Shown: positions 1 through 11,767, counted from the first letter of the stretch. The stretch: DNA of 64,000 nucleotides from an uncultured delta proteobacterium (GCA_963752595.1 CAVVYZ010000009.1:192001-256000), one strand, 5' to 3'. Numbers and translations are program-made. The notes: generated by a model not told the origin, from the letters alone.

Positions 1-2
1 AT

Positions 3-257
3 GCAGCCGAAAGGGACAGATACAACCTGAATGAGGATCAGGGTGCGGCAATAGCCGGGCTTGACCCGAAAGGCCCCCTGGCAAAAAAAGGATTCGAGAA
101 AGACGACATCATCCTGATGATAGACAGGCAGCCGATAGAAGGCATGGAGCAATTCGTGTCAATGGTGGCCGACCTCAAATCCGACCAGACGGTCACGATC
201 TTTGCCATAGACCATAAAATCGGCCGGGCAGGATATGTCCGGGTGAATGTTCGGTAA
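3..257 (+). CDS. C-terminal PDZ domain of a DegP/DegQ-like protease (5' truncated by window edge)
   Basis: My translation of frame +3: ...QGAAIAGLDPKGPLAKKGFEKDDIILMIDRQPI...GYVRVNVR*, resembling the PDZ pattern SPA.kaGlk.GDvIl.in; stop TAA at 255-257. Confidence 0.6.
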   Translation, partial: AAERDRYNLNEDQGAAIAGLDPKGPLAKKGFEKDDIILMIDRQPIEGMEQFVSMVADLKSDQTVTIFAIDHKIGRAGYVRVNVR

Positions 258-271
258 GGAGGATCAAAGGT

Positions 272-676
272 ATGAGAACAAAAGCCATTCTCTGGATGGG
301 GATATTCATATTGGGGTTTTCATTCATATTCGCAGGATGTGCGGCGATGAAAAGAAGTGAGGCAGCCCATACGGAAGACGTCCTCATTGCTGCCGGCTTT
401 ACCAGCAAGGAGCCCAATTCGCCCGAGGCCTGGGACAAGTTCAAAAGCCTGAAGCCTCTCAAGGTTATCAAGACAAAGAAAGACGGGCAGGTCATCTATG
501 TGTATCCCGACCCATACAACTGCAAGTGCGTTTATGTGGGAAACGAAAAGCAGTATGTGGAATTCAAGCGCCTTGCCCTGCAGAAACAGATCGCAGATGA
601 GAACCTCCGGGCCGCCCAAATGTGGGAAACCGGGCCGCCTTGGGGTGGGCCTTGGGGTGGGCCTTGGTGGTGGTAA
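272..676 (+). CDS. Hypothetical lipoprotein
   Basis: 134 aa ORF, RBS GGAGG upstream, signal peptide with lipobox FAGC; C-terminal GPPWGGPWGGPWWW tail. Confidence 0.7.
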   Translation: MRTKAILWMGIFILGFSFIFAGCAAMKRSEAAHTEDVLIAAGFTSKEPNSPEAWDKFKSLKPLKVIKTKKDGQVIYVYPDPYNCKCVYVGNEKQYVEFKRLALQKQIADENLRAAQMWETGPPWGGPWGGPWWW

Positions 677-857
677 GGCGATCCTGAAGAGGTCGGTCAA
701 TACCGAGGGGACCTTTTGCTCATCCCTCTCATTGTTACAGGGTACTATATAGATACTCTTCACAAAAGTTTATCAGGTGAGAGGAAGCAGATCCATATCC
801 ACGTATCAGCTCCTATTCAAAGGATTTCTTGAGAGTTATCAGGATCATCGGACGTGT

Positions 858-1165
858 TCATTGCCGGAGGGAAGAGTTTCTATTTCTTTTAAGTATTTCT
901 TCAGCAAACCTATTGTAATGCACACCAAAATGATGTCCTCCTTTCAGCTCAATAACCTGTGCGAGCCCTTGCGAAAGGCCGGGGCAGAGCGATCCATATT
1001 CTTCCGAACCATGGATGCAGAGGATCTTCTTGCCTTTCAGTTTTTCCACCTCGGGAAGCACCGGTGAACCACCTTCGCCTTCTCTCAGGCCGAGTATATC
1101 CCGCAGATGAATTCTGGAGTCCATGGTAATCTCCGGGCCGATGAGAACAACCTGTCTCTTTCTTA
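858..1165 (-). pseudogene. C-terminal fragment of an AcvB/VirJ family alpha/beta hydrolase
   Basis: Motifs ILCIHGSEE, SLCP and ELKGGHHFG typical of the VirJ C-terminus; the N-terminal part with the nucleophile Ser is not visible. Confidence 0.55.
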
Positions 1166-1399
1166 AGGATTGTTCTAGCCTGAGTGTTGAGATCGATCAT
1201 CATGGGAATATCTACAATTTTAAAAAGACCTGAAAAATATAAAAACATCCGGAACAGAGAGAAAATGATCTTCAACCCAGAAATCAAAGGATTTTCTGGG
1301 AGACCGGACAGGTTTGAATGAATAAAATCCTCCGAAGGCATATCCGCTTCAACATGCCCCAATGAATCGGCATGAATAAACGGGTTATCGAGGTGAACC

Positions 1400-2260
1400 A
1401 TGAATACGCTCAAGACATTTCTCCTCATGCTCGGTTTGACCTTCCTTCTCATGGCCATCGGCAACATCCTCGGCGGCAGGCAGGGCATGGTCATCGCCCT
1501 TGTCTTTGCAGGGATCATGAACTTCGCATCCTACTGGTTCTCCGACAAGATCGTGTTGAGCATGTACCGGGCCAAGGAAATCAAAGAGGCCGATAATCCC
1601 GAGTTGTATTCGATCGTGAATAATCTCGCCGGCGCCGATCATATGCCCATGCCCAGGCTGTATCTAGTGGATACGCCCATGCCGAATGCATTCGCCACCG
1701 GCAGGAACCCGCAGCATGCGGCCGTGGCCGTGACTACAGGAATTATGGGCCTGCTGAACAGCAGAGAGCTGGGTGGTGTCATAGGCCACGAGCTTTCCCA
1801 CGTAAAGGACAGGGATGTGCTGATATCGACCATTGCCGCCACCATTGCAGGAGCAATCTTCATGCTCGCCAGGATGGCCCAGTTCGCCGCCATGTTCGGC
1901 GGGATGGGCCGCGATCGCGAAAACAGGGGAGGAACCATCGGCATGCTGGCCGTGGCCATCATCGCCCCCCTTGCAGCTATGATCATCCAGCTGGCCATCT
2001 CCAGGTCGAGGGAATACCAGGCAGACCTGGAAGGTGCACGGCTGACAAAAGACCCCACGGCCCTGGCAGATGCACTGCAGAAGCTCGTAGCCGGCGTAAA
2101 ACAGAATCCTGCAGATGTGAATCCTGTGACGGCACCTCTGTTCATCGTAAATCCCCTCAAGGGACAGTTCCTTTCAACCCTGTTCTCGACCCACCCTCCC
2201 ATCCAGGAAAGGGTCAGGCGTCTGGAGGAGATGGCTCACGGGAGCATCGTACCGGGATGA
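1400..2260 (+). CDS. htpX: Zinc metalloprotease HtpX (M48B)
   Basis: [16 protein letters not shown] (HExxH), [18 protein letters not shown] motifs; 286 aa. Confidence 0.95.
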   Translation: MNTLKTFLLMLGLTFLLMAIGNILGGRQGMVIALVFAGIMNFASYWFSDKIVLSMYRAKEIKEADNPELYSIVNNLAGADHMPMPRLYLVDTPMPNAFATGRNPQHAAVAVTTGIMGLLNSRELGGVIGHELSHVKDRDVLISTIAATIAGAIFMLARMAQFAAMFGGMGRDRENRGGTIGMLAVAIIAPLAAMIIQLAISRSREYQADLEGARLTKDPTALADALQKLVAGVKQNPADVNPVTAPLFIVNPLKGQFLSTLFSTHPPIQERVRRLEEMAHGSIVPG

Positions 2261-2285
2261 TGCGCTTTCTTGATGTGGTGAATCC

Positions 2286-3072
2286 ATGAAAAGGTCTTTT
2301 TCGGGATATGTTCTTCCCCTCTGTCTTCGTACAGCAGGATGTGTCCTTTTCTGCATAGTCATCAGCACTGGAGCCCGAGCCGGGCCGCCCTTCCTTACCG
2401 ATGATCCCGAACCGGTTGATTACCGGCATTTCGAGGCATATCTCTTTTCCACCATCAACAAGACCAGGGATGACAGATCCATGCAGATCCCGGGACTCGA
2501 GTTCAACTGGGGTGTCTATCCAGAGGTTCAGTTCCATACGGTCGTACCTCTCACGCTTGACTCGCCTTCCGGGGGATCGAACCAGTACGGGCCCGGAGAT
2601 ATCGAGGTGGGGATCAAGCATCGATTTGTCGATGAATCGAGATATCTGCCACAGATAGGTATCTTCCCCATGATAGAGCTTCCTTCAGGGAATGAAGACA
2701 GGGGCCTGGGAAACGGGAAGGCCCGGGAAAGGCTTCCTCTGTGGATTCAGAAGAGCTGGGGACCATGGACGACGTACGGGGGTGGAGGCTATGCAATAAA
2801 CCCTGCGCCGGAACAGCGAAACTACGGGTTCGGCGGGTGGCTTTTGCAGCGCGATATCGGTGAGCTCCTCACCCTGGGAGGCGAGCTGTTTCTCCAGGGC
2901 GCCACCAGTGACGGGGGGGCAATCAACCGGCATCCTCGATCTCGGCGGATATTACAAGTTCACCCCGGGCTTCAACCTCCTTTTCTCAGGCGGAAGCAGC
3001 GTGTCAGGGGAGAGTCATACGGTGGGATACCTGGGTCTTTACTGGACATGGGGACCTCCGGGACCGCCATGA
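2286..3072 (+). CDS. Putative outer-membrane beta-barrel protein (one frameshift near 2913-2920)
   Basis: Signal peptide then AGPPFLTDDPEPV; alternating amphipathic strands; the C-terminal strands (ILDLGGYYKFT...VGYLGLYWTWG) continue in the ORF 2860..3072 frame. Confidence 0.65.
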
Positions 3073-3103
3073 AAGGATATGTTTTAAATATGGAGGCATC
3101 TTC

Positions 3104-3901
3104 ATGAAGAGATATTTTATCCATATTCCGGGCTGTTTCCTGATCATGATCCTGTTCAGCGCATGCGCATCCTCCAGGCCCATGCCTCTCCCTGCCGATT
3201 TCTGGAACAGGGAGAGGCTGAACATCGGGGTAGTCCTGGGCAAGGCATCCGAGCCGAAGGTAAAAACCGGTCCATCCATCTTCGGTCATCCACTGCCCTA
3301 TGGTGAAATGCTCACCGGAGGAGATGCAGGGTATGATGAGGGCGGAGAGTTCAGCGATCAGGGAGGAATGCAAAGCAAGTATGGGGTGCAGGGAGAGCAG
3401 CTCGAGAAACTGCAGTACGGCAGTTCTGAAAAGGGCTATCCAAAACCTCCCTCTGAGACAGGCACCCTGGAAGAGAATCTCCATGCCATGGGTGCGGGAC
3501 TGCTCATGTCCGTCCAGGAGCACTTCGTAAAGAGGCTTGCTCATACCGGATGGCATGTGGTGCCCCTCCAGGGTTCCATAGGAGATGATTATCACCATGC
3601 TGATGGTCTCCAGGGATATGATGCACTCATCATCATTGACTGCGACTGGTACGGTGTACACTGCCGCACCAAAGCCGGCAGCCGCACCCCCACCTTTGTA
3701 CGTGCAGACATGCATGCACGGATGATCGATCTCAAGTCGGACAGGGTTCTCTGGCAGAGCCCCCGAAAGAAGGCAGGAAATCCGGTTTCCTGCCCGTGCG
3801 ATGATCCGGGTTGTTTCCCTGTCGTCCGCAGCGCCCTACAGAAGTCGGTCAATCGTGCAGGGAATGCCCTGCTTGCCGACCTCTTCATGAACCGCCCGTG
3901 A
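3104..3901 (+). CDS. Hypothetical lipoprotein
   Basis: 265 aa ORF, RBS GGAGG, lipobox FSAC. Confidence 0.6.
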   Translation: MKRYFIHIPGCFLIMILFSACASSRPMPLPADFWNRERLNIGVVLGKASEPKVKTGPSIFGHPLPYGEMLTGGDAGYDEGGEFSDQGGMQSKYGVQGEQLEKLQYGSSEKGYPKPPSETGTLEENLHAMGAGLLMSVQEHFVKRLAHTGWHVVPLQGSIGDDYHHADGLQGYDALIIIDCDWYGVHCRTKAGSRTPTFVRADMHARMIDLKSDRVLWQSPRKKAGNPVSCPCDDPGCFPVVRSALQKSVNRAGNALLADLFMNRP

Positions 3902-3940
3902 ATTGTTGCAGCAGTATCCCTGATTCTTGAACAGCTGCGA

Positions 3941-6900
3941 TCACGAAGGTGCCTTGCCGGTTTTCCGCCGCTCGCTCAAACGCTCGATGGCTACGAAGAA
4001 TACCGGAACGAACGGGATGGCCAGGAGCGTGGAGGCGAGCATGCCGCCGAAGACAACCGTGCCGATCGCTCGCTGGCTGGCCGAGCCCGCTCCGGAGGCG
4101 ACCACGAGCGGCACCACGCCCAGGATGAAGGCGAACGAGGTCATGACGATGGGGCGGAACCGGCGGCGCGTCGCCTCGACGGCAGCCTCGGTGATGCACA
4201 TACCGCTATTGAGCATGTCGCGGGCGAACTCCACGATGAGGATGGCGTTCTTGCTCGCCAGGGCTATCATCAGCACCAGGCCCACCTGGGTGTAGAGATT
4301 GTTGTCGTATCCCCGGATGATGAGGGCCAGGAGCACCCCCACCAGTGCCATAGGCACCACCAGTATCACGGCCGCAGGAGAGGTCCAGCTTTCGTACAGG
4401 GCGGCAAGCACCAGGTACACGAAGATGATGGAGATGGCATAGATGAGATACGCCTGGGCGCCCACCTTCTTTTCCTGATAGCTCGTGGAAGTCCATTCAT
4501 AGGACATACCCTCGGGCAGGGTGCGGTTCGCGATCTGCTCCATCATTTTCAAGGCCTGGCCGGAGCTGAATCCGGGTGCGGCCGATCCGATGACTGGTGC
4601 AGCCGGGTAGAGATTGTATCGGGTGATCAGGTCTGCACCCTTGGCCGATTTGATATCGATCATCGTGCTCGAGGGGACCATCTCGGCCGCCAGGTTGCGG
4701 GTATACAGGTTCTGATGTCTTCGGGCAGCATGCGGTAGTGCTCGTCGGCCTGGATGTACACCTGAAACACCTGGTTGAACTTATTGAACAGGTTGACAAA
4801 CGAGGAACCGAGATAGGACTGAAGGTATCGAAGATATTCGAGAGCGGGACCTGCATAGCCTCGGCCTTGGTCCTGTCGATATCCAGGTAGAGCTGGGGAC
4901 TGCAGGCATTGAATGTGGTGGTGAGGCCCTTGAGATCGGGATTGGAATTCCCTGTCTGCGATGATCTCTTCAGCTGACCTGCTGGAGCTCTCGAGCCCGA
5001 GGCCGCCGCGGTCTTCCACCATCATCTGAAACCCGCCGGTCGTCCCCAGCCCCCGGATCGGCGGCGGGATGACCATGAAGGCCTGCGCTTCCTCGATTCC
5101 GGAAAGCTCGCGGTTGATGCTTGCAACGATCTTGTCCTGGCTCAAGGCGGCGCCGCGCTCTTTCCAATCCTTGTACACGACAAAGGTCGTCGCGATAGTG
5201 GGGATATTGGCCCCGTCCAGGATCGAAAGGCCGCCAATGAGCACCCAGCCATCGACCCCGGGGGTCTTTTTCGAGGATGGCGTTGATTCTGTCCGTCACC
5301 TCCTTGAGCCGTGGCTGGGAAGCCCCGGGAGCCACCGGTGAGATCAGCATGCCGAACCCCTGGTCCTCGGTGGGAAGAAATCCTGTCGGCCTGTTCAGGA
5401 ACACCATGAATGCCGCGGCGATGATGACGGCGAAGATGATGACGAACAGGACAGGCCTCTTTACCATCCGGGTGACGACCCCCATATAGGTATCGGTCAT
5501 ACCCTTGAAGGCACGGTCAAACCCCCTGTGGAACCGGTTGGGGGGCTTGTCCCCGCGGGGCTTGAGCCAGAGAGCGCACTGGACGGGGTTCAGGGTGAGC
5601 GCATTGATGCCGCTGATCACCGATGTGGCGGCGATGATCAGTGCAAACTGCCGGAAGATCAGCCCGGAAATACCGGGCAGGAACGCTGCGGGCAGGAAGA
5701 CCGAGACCAGGGCCAGCATGATCCCCAGCACCGGGCCGGTCAGCTCCTGCATGGCCTTTATGGCAGCATCTTTCGGAGCGAGCCCTTTTTCGATGTAGTA
5801 CGAGCTGTTCTCCACGATTACAATCGCATCGTCCACCACGATGCCGATGGCCAGGACCAGTGCGAACAGGGTCATCAGGTTGATGGTGAACCCGAGCGCG
5901 GCTATGGCGATGAAGGCGCCGACGATAGTGACCGGCACGGTGATGGCAGGGGACAGCATGGCACGGAAGTTCTGCAGGAACAGGAAGACCACGACGAGCA
6001 CGAGGGTGCCTGCAATGATCAGGGTTTTGAATACGCTGGAGATAGCCTGGCGCACGAACCTGGTGGTATCGTAGCGGATGGAATATTTCAGGCCAGGGGG
6101 GAATTTCTTGTTCATTTCGTCCATGGCTGCATAAACCCTGTCCGCCACGGCAATGGCGTTGGCCCCCGGCAGGGTGAGGACGATGATCTGGGAAGATTCG
6201 CGGCCGGTAAATTTCGAATACGTGCTGAAATTCTGCCGGCTCAAATCCACCCTGGCTATGTCGCGCAGCCGGACGATCTGCGGTGCAATCCCTGCTTCGG
6301 ATTTGACGATGATGTCTTCGAACTGGGCAGCATCGGAAAGCCGCCCGAGAGAGGTCAGCGTGAACTGGAAGGGCTGATTCCTGGGTACAGGCGGCGCGCC
6401 GAGCTGCCCGGCGACTACCTGGACGTTCTGGCCTTGGACGGCGCTCAGGACATCCGTTGTCGTGAGCCCGAAGGCCTGGAGCTTGTTCGGGTCGAGCCAG
6501 ACCCTCATGCTGTACGGCCCTGCACCGAAGACCCTCACCTGGCCGACACCGGTGAGCCGGGACAGGGGATTCTGCAGGTTGATCAGGCCGTAATTGGAGA
6601 GGAAACTCTCCTTGAAGCGGTTGTCATCGGAATAGAGGCTGATCACCAGCAGAAAATCCGGAGATACCTTCCTGACCGAGATCCCCTGCTCCTGGGCTCC
6701 TCCCGGAAGCTGGGCAAGTGCGGTGTTCACCAGGTTCTGTACGAGGGAGACCGCCGTATTGAGATTGGTACCGACATCGAAGGTGATCGTCAGGGTATAC
6801 GAGCCGTCGCTGCTGCTGGTGGATGACATGTAGATGGAGCCTTCGACTCCGTTCACGGCCTGTTCGATGGGAACGCCGATCGTCTTCGCCACCACATCTG

Positions 6901-7063
6901 CGCTCGCCCCCGGGTAGCGTGAGGTTACCTGGATGCTCGGGGGCACGATCTCGGGATACTGGGCCACAGGCAGCAATGAGAGGGATACCAGCCCGAGGAT
7001 CACCGTGATCAGCGCAATGACATTCGCCAGGATAGGCCGCTCGATGAAGAACCGTGAGATCAT
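3941..7063 (-). CDS. RND efflux permease subunit (AcrB/HAE1 family), split by several frameshifts
   Basis: MISRFFIERPI, AIGIVVDDAIVIVEN, ASKNAILIVEFA, RRRFRPIVMTSFAFILGVVPL motifs across ORFs 4970..7063, 4660..5244, 3941..4681. Confidence 0.92.
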
Positions 7064-8235
7064 GGCCTCGCCTCTGCGCTCCCGGAACTCCGGGGATCAG
7101 TTTCTCTAAATATGTACCTCACGGCTACAGGTGTGACCGGCTGCCCAGGTACGGCCTTCAGCATGCCCCTGACCACGACCCTCTCACGACCGGTCAGGCC
7201 TTCTTCTATGACCCTTAAGTAATTCACCTGGAACCCGGTCCTGACATTCCGGCGCTCCACGACATTCCGGTCGTCGACAATGAGGACGTATGACCCCAGC
7301 AGGTCGCTGCTTACCGAAGCATCGGGGACCAGCAGGGCATCCCGTGTCTGCACCGGCACATGCACACGAGAGTACATGCCCGGCAGGATGCGGCCGTCCG
7401 GGTTCGGGAAGATCCCTCTCATCAGCAGGGTGCCGGTCGTGGCATTGAAGCTGACAGAGGCGAAATCGATCAGGCCCTCATGGGGATAACCGGCTTCCCC
7501 GGAGACTCCGATAAACACCGGCCAGGGCGGATCGGCTGCCTGTCCTGTCAGGCCTCGCTCACGATTCATGAGGCGGCCGAAATCGGAATCGCTGATCGAA
7601 AAATACACCTCGATAGGGTCAATCCGGCTCACAACGGCAAGCACCGTATTTCCCCCTGCTCCCACCAGGTTGCCGGGATCCTGGAATTTCCGGTCGATCC
7701 TGCCGTCGAAAGGTGCAGCTATCTTTGTATAGTTCAGATTGTATCTGGCCAGGTCGAGATTCGCTTCTGCCGTCCTCAGATTGGCCCTTGCGGAATCCCT
7801 CTGGTACCGCCAGTTATCCACATCCGTCTTCGATGCTGCATTATGCGCCAGGAGGTCGGTATAGCGCTTCAGCTGCTTCCCGGCGTACGCCAGCTGGGCC
7901 TTCAATGACGACACCTGCCCTTGAGCCTGCCTTAAGCCCGCCAGGTACGTGTTCTGCTGGATGAGGAAGAGCGGCTGGCCCTTCCTGACCATTTGCCCGT
8001 CCTGAAAGAACACCTTGTCCAGATATCCGGGGACCCGTGCCACCAGCTGGACCGTTTTGGTGGCCTGGGTGTTGCCGGTAAGCCCCAGGTAGTCGGTTAC
8101 CTCGCGCCGCAAGGGCTGGGCCACCGTAACTTTCGGAGGAGGGGGCGACGGAGGGGGGGTTTTATTACAACCTGCAGGCAGCAGTATGAGGATCGCAAGC
8201 ATCACCGGAAGGACGATGTCCCGTAGCAGTTTCAT
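7060..8235 (-). CDS. RND efflux periplasmic adaptor (MFP), lipoprotein
   Basis: Lipobox PAGC, ARVPGYL..V.F..GQ.V.KGQ.LF, YTKIAAPFDGRI; stop overlaps permease start. Confidence 0.93.
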   Translation of the reverse strand: MKLLRDIVLPVMLAILILLPAGCNKTPPPSPPPPKVTVAQPLRREVTDYLGLTGNTQATKTVQLVARVPGYLDKVFFQDGQMVRKGQPLFLIQQNTYLAGLRQAQGQVSSLKAQLAYAGKQLKRYTDLLAHNAASKTDVDNWRYQRDSARANLRTAEANLDLARYNLNYTKIAAPFDGRIDRKFQDPGNLVGAGGNTVLAVVSRIDPIEVYFSISDSDFGRLMNRERGLTGQAADPPWPVFIGVSGEAGYPHEGLIDFASVSFNATTGTLLMRGIFPNPDGRILPGMYSRVHVPVQTRDALLVPDASVSSDLLGSYVLIVDDRNVVERRNVRTGFQVNYLRVIEEGLTGRERVVVRGMLKAVPGQPVTPVAVRYIFRETDPRSSGSAEARP

Positions 8236-8273
8236 AATGGTATACCTTTTTTCATCGTTTTTGCCTCTTTACG

Positions 8274-9848
8274 TTACCAGTCAGGGGACCGGATCGTGGA
8301 TTTTGGCTCCTGCCCGGCCGGAGGATTGTACGACGCCGGTTGGAGCAGCTTTCCCCAGTCGGTGCGGCCTGCCATCTCCTCTCTCACGGCAGGAGGCAGC
8401 AGATCGGTTCCTTCGCGGAACTCCCAGCCGCCGCCCAGTGCACGGTAGACGCCGACCAGGCTACGGGATATGCCGCCCATGGCAACGGCAAGATTGTCCT
8501 GCTCATTCAGCAGCGCCTGTTGTGCTATCAGGACTGTCGTGAAATCCTTGACTCCTTCCCGGTACTGCATGACCGCAAGATCGAGTGCACGTCCGGCCGA
8601 ATCAGTGCTTTTGGCGAGCAGGGCAGCCTGGTCCTGGGTTTTGAGAAAGGCTGCCAGATTGTCCTCCACCTCCTGCTGCGCCGAGAGGACCGTGTTCTGA
8701 TAACTTATGAGCAGCTCCTGGAACAGTGCATCCTGCAGCCGGATATTGTTCGTGACTTGACCGTAATTGAAGAGGCTCCACTGGAAAGAAGCCCCTGTAG
8801 AAGCGTTGCGGCTCGCCCATTGGAACATGTCGGAGAGCCTGTTCGTACGTACGTCGGTCGAGAGAAAACCGAACGTTCCCGAGAGCGAGAAGGCGGGATA
8901 GAGGTCTGCCTTTGCTACGCCGATCCGGGCGCTCTGAGCCTCTGCCCGGTATTCGGCACTCCGGATGTCGGGCCTGCGGCGCAGCAGATCACTGGGGATT
9001 CCAACGATGACCTGAGGCGGAGAGACAGGGATACCGGAAGGGCCTTTCAGAACATCTGAGAGGTCGTTCGGGGCCATTCCCAGAAGGACGCTCAAGGCAT
9101 GTTTTGCCTGCAGAAGCTGTGCTTCGAGGGAGGGGATGACCGCAAGGGTATCATTGAGAACTGTTCGGGCTTGCTCCACATCCAGCTGCGAGACTGTGCC
9201 GTACTTCAGACGGACTTGTACAATATTCAGGTTCTCCTGCTGGGTCTTCGCATTCTGCTGTGCGATCTCAATCCGCTTTTCAATGGTCCTGATCGCAATG
9301 TAGGAACCGGCCACATCGGCTGTCAGGGTTATCAGGGCATTGTCGTAATCGGCACGTGTGGCCTGCCAATTTGCATCCGCAGATTCAACCATCCGCCTGA
9401 ATCTGCCCCAGAAATCGAGCTCCCAGGCTGCATTCACCCCGATCTCCGACTGGGTGTAATGGTACGGGGGTTGGGCTATGAGTGCGTGCTCACTTTGCCG
9501 GTTGTACCGCAATGAACCCGTTGCCTGCTGAGTCCGGGGGTAGAGCTCTCCTATGGCAATGCCGAGCTGTGCCCTGGCCTCCAGCACCCGGACTCCGGCA
9601 ATCCTTAAATTCAGGTTCTCCCGGTATGCACGGTCGATGAGGCGGCTTAAGACCGGGTCGTTGAACGCTTTCCACCAGGTGCGGAAATCTGCAGGCGCGC
9701 TCTTCACCCGCTGGTCTCCTGCCTCCATCCAGTCCTTTGAAACCATAGCATCGGGCAGGTGGAAGTCGGGTCCGACCATGCAACCCGTGAATATTATGCC
9801 CATGCCCGCTGAAATGCAGATAGCAATCAGAAGCGACAAGCGTGCCAT
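8274..9848 (-). CDS. Outer-membrane efflux lipoprotein (NodT/TolC family)
   Basis: GCMVGPDF, WWKAFNDP.L, AWELDFWG, LLRRRPDIRSAE, VYRALGGGW motifs. Confidence 0.93.
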   Translation of the reverse strand: MARLSLLIAICISAGMGIIFTGCMVGPDFHLPDAMVSKDWMEAGDQRVKSAPADFRTWWKAFNDPVLSRLIDRAYRENLNLRIAGVRVLEARAQLGIAIGELYPRTQQATGSLRYNRQSEHALIAQPPYHYTQSEIGVNAAWELDFWGRFRRMVESADANWQATRADYDNALITLTADVAGSYIAIRTIEKRIEIAQQNAKTQQENLNIVQVRLKYGTVSQLDVEQARTVLNDTLAVIPSLEAQLLQAKHALSVLLGMAPNDLSDVLKGPSGIPVSPPQVIVGIPSDLLRRRPDIRSAEYRAEAQSARIGVAKADLYPAFSLSGTFGFLSTDVRTNRLSDMFQWASRNASTGASFQWSLFNYGQVTNNIRLQDALFQELLISYQNTVLSAQQEVEDNLAAFLKTQDQAALLAKSTDSAGRALDLAVMQYREGVKDFTTVLIAQQALLNEQDNLAVAMGGISRSLVGVYRALGGGWEFREGTDLLPPAVREEMAGRTDWGKLLQPASYNPPAGQEPKSTIRSPDW

Positions 9849-9930
9849 GTCCCTGCCCTTAAGGATTCATCAATACTGATTATATGGTGGTGACAAATGA
9901 TATCAAACAGAGGTGGCTCTGCATGATTTA

Positions 9931-9997
9931 GTTGACCATGTAGGCTCAAACCTATGGCCCACTGATTAAGGTAAGTTGCTCTACCTGTTGAGCTAAT
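9931..9997 (-). repeat. Decayed copy of tRNA-Lys(CTT); probable distal att site of the island
   Basis: Manual alignment to 19281-19349: 6 substitutions and 2 single-base gaps over 69 nt, last 24 nt identical (AGTTGCTCTACCTGTTGAGCTAAT); same orientation as the tRNA. Confidence 0.85.
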
Positions 9998-10010
9998 TTT
10001 TCAATTCAAG

Positions 10011-11150
10011 CTATTCGTGACAAACCGCTAAAGCTTCTTCATCAGACACAGGAAGATTAGGGTCAACTTTTGCATTCAGCCAGCGGAGCATTCCAAGATT
10101 GCGGATAGTGGAGGCTACGCTCTTTGATTCGAGTGGAGGGCGGCGCCTCTGCTTCCAATCCATGACCGCATCTAAAATATCCTTTTCAGTAAATGATTCT
10201 TTCTGTTTCTCGGTAAGCTCATGTGCAGCGAACAGAACTGTGGCAATTACTTCAGCCTGATTGGTATTGACCCTCATGAACAAATCAGATGTCTTATCAA
10301 TAAGTTCGGACCATCGTTCAAATGACGACTCATACTTATGTCTGATCCTGCTGAAGTTGGGGCCGGGCTTAACCATGAACATCTTCCCGAGTTGTTCTTC
10401 CTGAAGGAGATTGGCATTGATCAGCCTTGTTTCAACCCCCTTCAAGTCCTTAGAGAAAGGACCATAACTACTCCGCTGATACTGCAGACCTGTGGGCAAG
10501 CCTTCATTGGTGGCGATATATGCGATCTTCTGAAAAATCGTTCTTCCAATAGGCCAATGATAAGGATGCTGTTCTATACGATGAACAATCTCCACAAGAG
10601 CTATCCAGGCCGGATTGAAAGAGGGTGTTTCTGGTTTGGAAACCTGACCGTTGTTATTTTCCATCCCTTTTTCAAGGAACTCAATAGACAGCTCTTTAGG
10701 GCTGGCTCCATAGGGTGCGTACATTTCGACAGGTATTGTCATCTGCTTCGCATACTTGTAAATCAAAGGACCGACTGTCTTCCACTCCAACTGACCGTTC
10801 CCGCAGCCCAAAGGAGGAATTGCCAAGGATGTAACTCCCCATTCCTTATACTTTGCGAGAAGCACTTTTAGCCCGTGTTCGACATCTTCTATTCGGGAAA
10901 TGGACTTCCAGTGGTCTTTAGTCGGAAAGTTTATGATCTGGGGAGGAAAGAGCGACTTGTATAGATAGGGGACCCCCGGCTTTACTTCATGTCGTTCACA
11001 ACGTCGAACGTAGTCTTTAAACATATCAGGAAAGTGTTTCTTGAATTCCAAGGCGATCCCTTTGCCCATAACCCCGACGCAATTCACGGTGTTGATCAAG
11101 GTCTGGGCCTTGGACTGGAACATATCTCCGACAAGGATCTTCATATCCAC
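10011..11150 (-). CDS. darG: DarG antitoxin (macrodomain DNA ADP-ribosyl glycohydrolase)
   Basis: N-terminal macrodomain GDMF..NTVNCVGVMGKGIALEFK, IINFPTKDHW, SLAIPPLGCGNGQLEW; C-terminal QKIAY/YGPFS domain; directly downstream of darT. Confidence 0.9.
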   Translation of the reverse strand: MDMKILVGDMFQSKAQTLINTVNCVGVMGKGIALEFKKHFPDMFKDYVRRCERHEVKPGVPYLYKSLFPPQIINFPTKDHWKSISRIEDVEHGLKVLLAKYKEWGVTSLAIPPLGCGNGQLEWKTVGPLIYKYAKQMTIPVEMYAPYGASPKELSIEFLEKGMENNNGQVSKPETPSFNPAWIALVEIVHRIEQHPYHWPIGRTIFQKIAYIATNEGLPTGLQYQRSSYGPFSKDLKGVETRLINANLLQEEQLGKMFMVKPGPNFSRIRHKYESSFERWSELIDKTSDLFMRVNTNQAEVIATVLFAAHELTEKQKESFTEKDILDAVMDWKQRRRPPLESKSVASTIRNLGMLRWLNAKVDPNLPVSDEEALAVCHE

Positions 11151-11153
11151 TCC

Positions 11154-11752
11154 TTAAAAAAACATACCATTTTTCTTGATAACCGGCAATCGAACATTGA
11201 ACGACTGAACGGCTTGTAATGCCGTTTCATTAGCCACGCATATCCCTATTATATAGTGCGGATCAACTCTATCCGGGACAAGAACCTCTGCACACTTTAT
11301 TGACTTATGCCTCCATTCCTCAATAGTATCATCCGGATGTCTCCAAGATCTTGCAAAAACCATCTCTTCATCTATTGCTTCGATCCCTTTATCCACCGGA
11401 TAAAAGCGTACATAGTCACTCGATGCGTTCCGATCAGCAATAATAACATCCGAGATATCAAGGATACCTGTACTGATTCGGAGAACACATATTTTATCAT
11501 TCTTATCACGGCATGCACTGAGCATGGGGTTATGTGCATCAAAGTAAAAATTGGCATATTCATGTAAGTGACGCGCGCCTGGTACTTTCTTGTTACGGCG
11601 TCTGTCTTGAATTACCTCCATGGCAATTGAGATATGCTCTATTTGAGAAGCGCGTTTATTTGAGAGAATCCCATATTCCATTATCGACGGGATATTCTCA
11701 ATTGCAGTTATATAGTGAAGTTCAACATATCGGATCGATTCATATCATTCAT
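11154..11752 (-). CDS. darT: DarT toxin (DUF4433 ssDNA ADP-ribosyltransferase); N-terminal frameshift near 11725
   Basis: Extending the ORF upstream gives ELHYITAIENIPSIMEYGILS; also HEYANFYFDAHNPML, DRNASS and KCAEVLV (catalytic Glu position). Confidence 0.88.
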
Positions 11753-11767
11753 CTACCTACTTCACAT

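Noticed and set aside
9890-9904. GTGACAAATGATAT resembling an inverted copy of the motif at 19118-19130
   Set aside because: Short, imperfect and outside the att repeat; insufficient to claim a second tandem island, although the RND block could be accessory.
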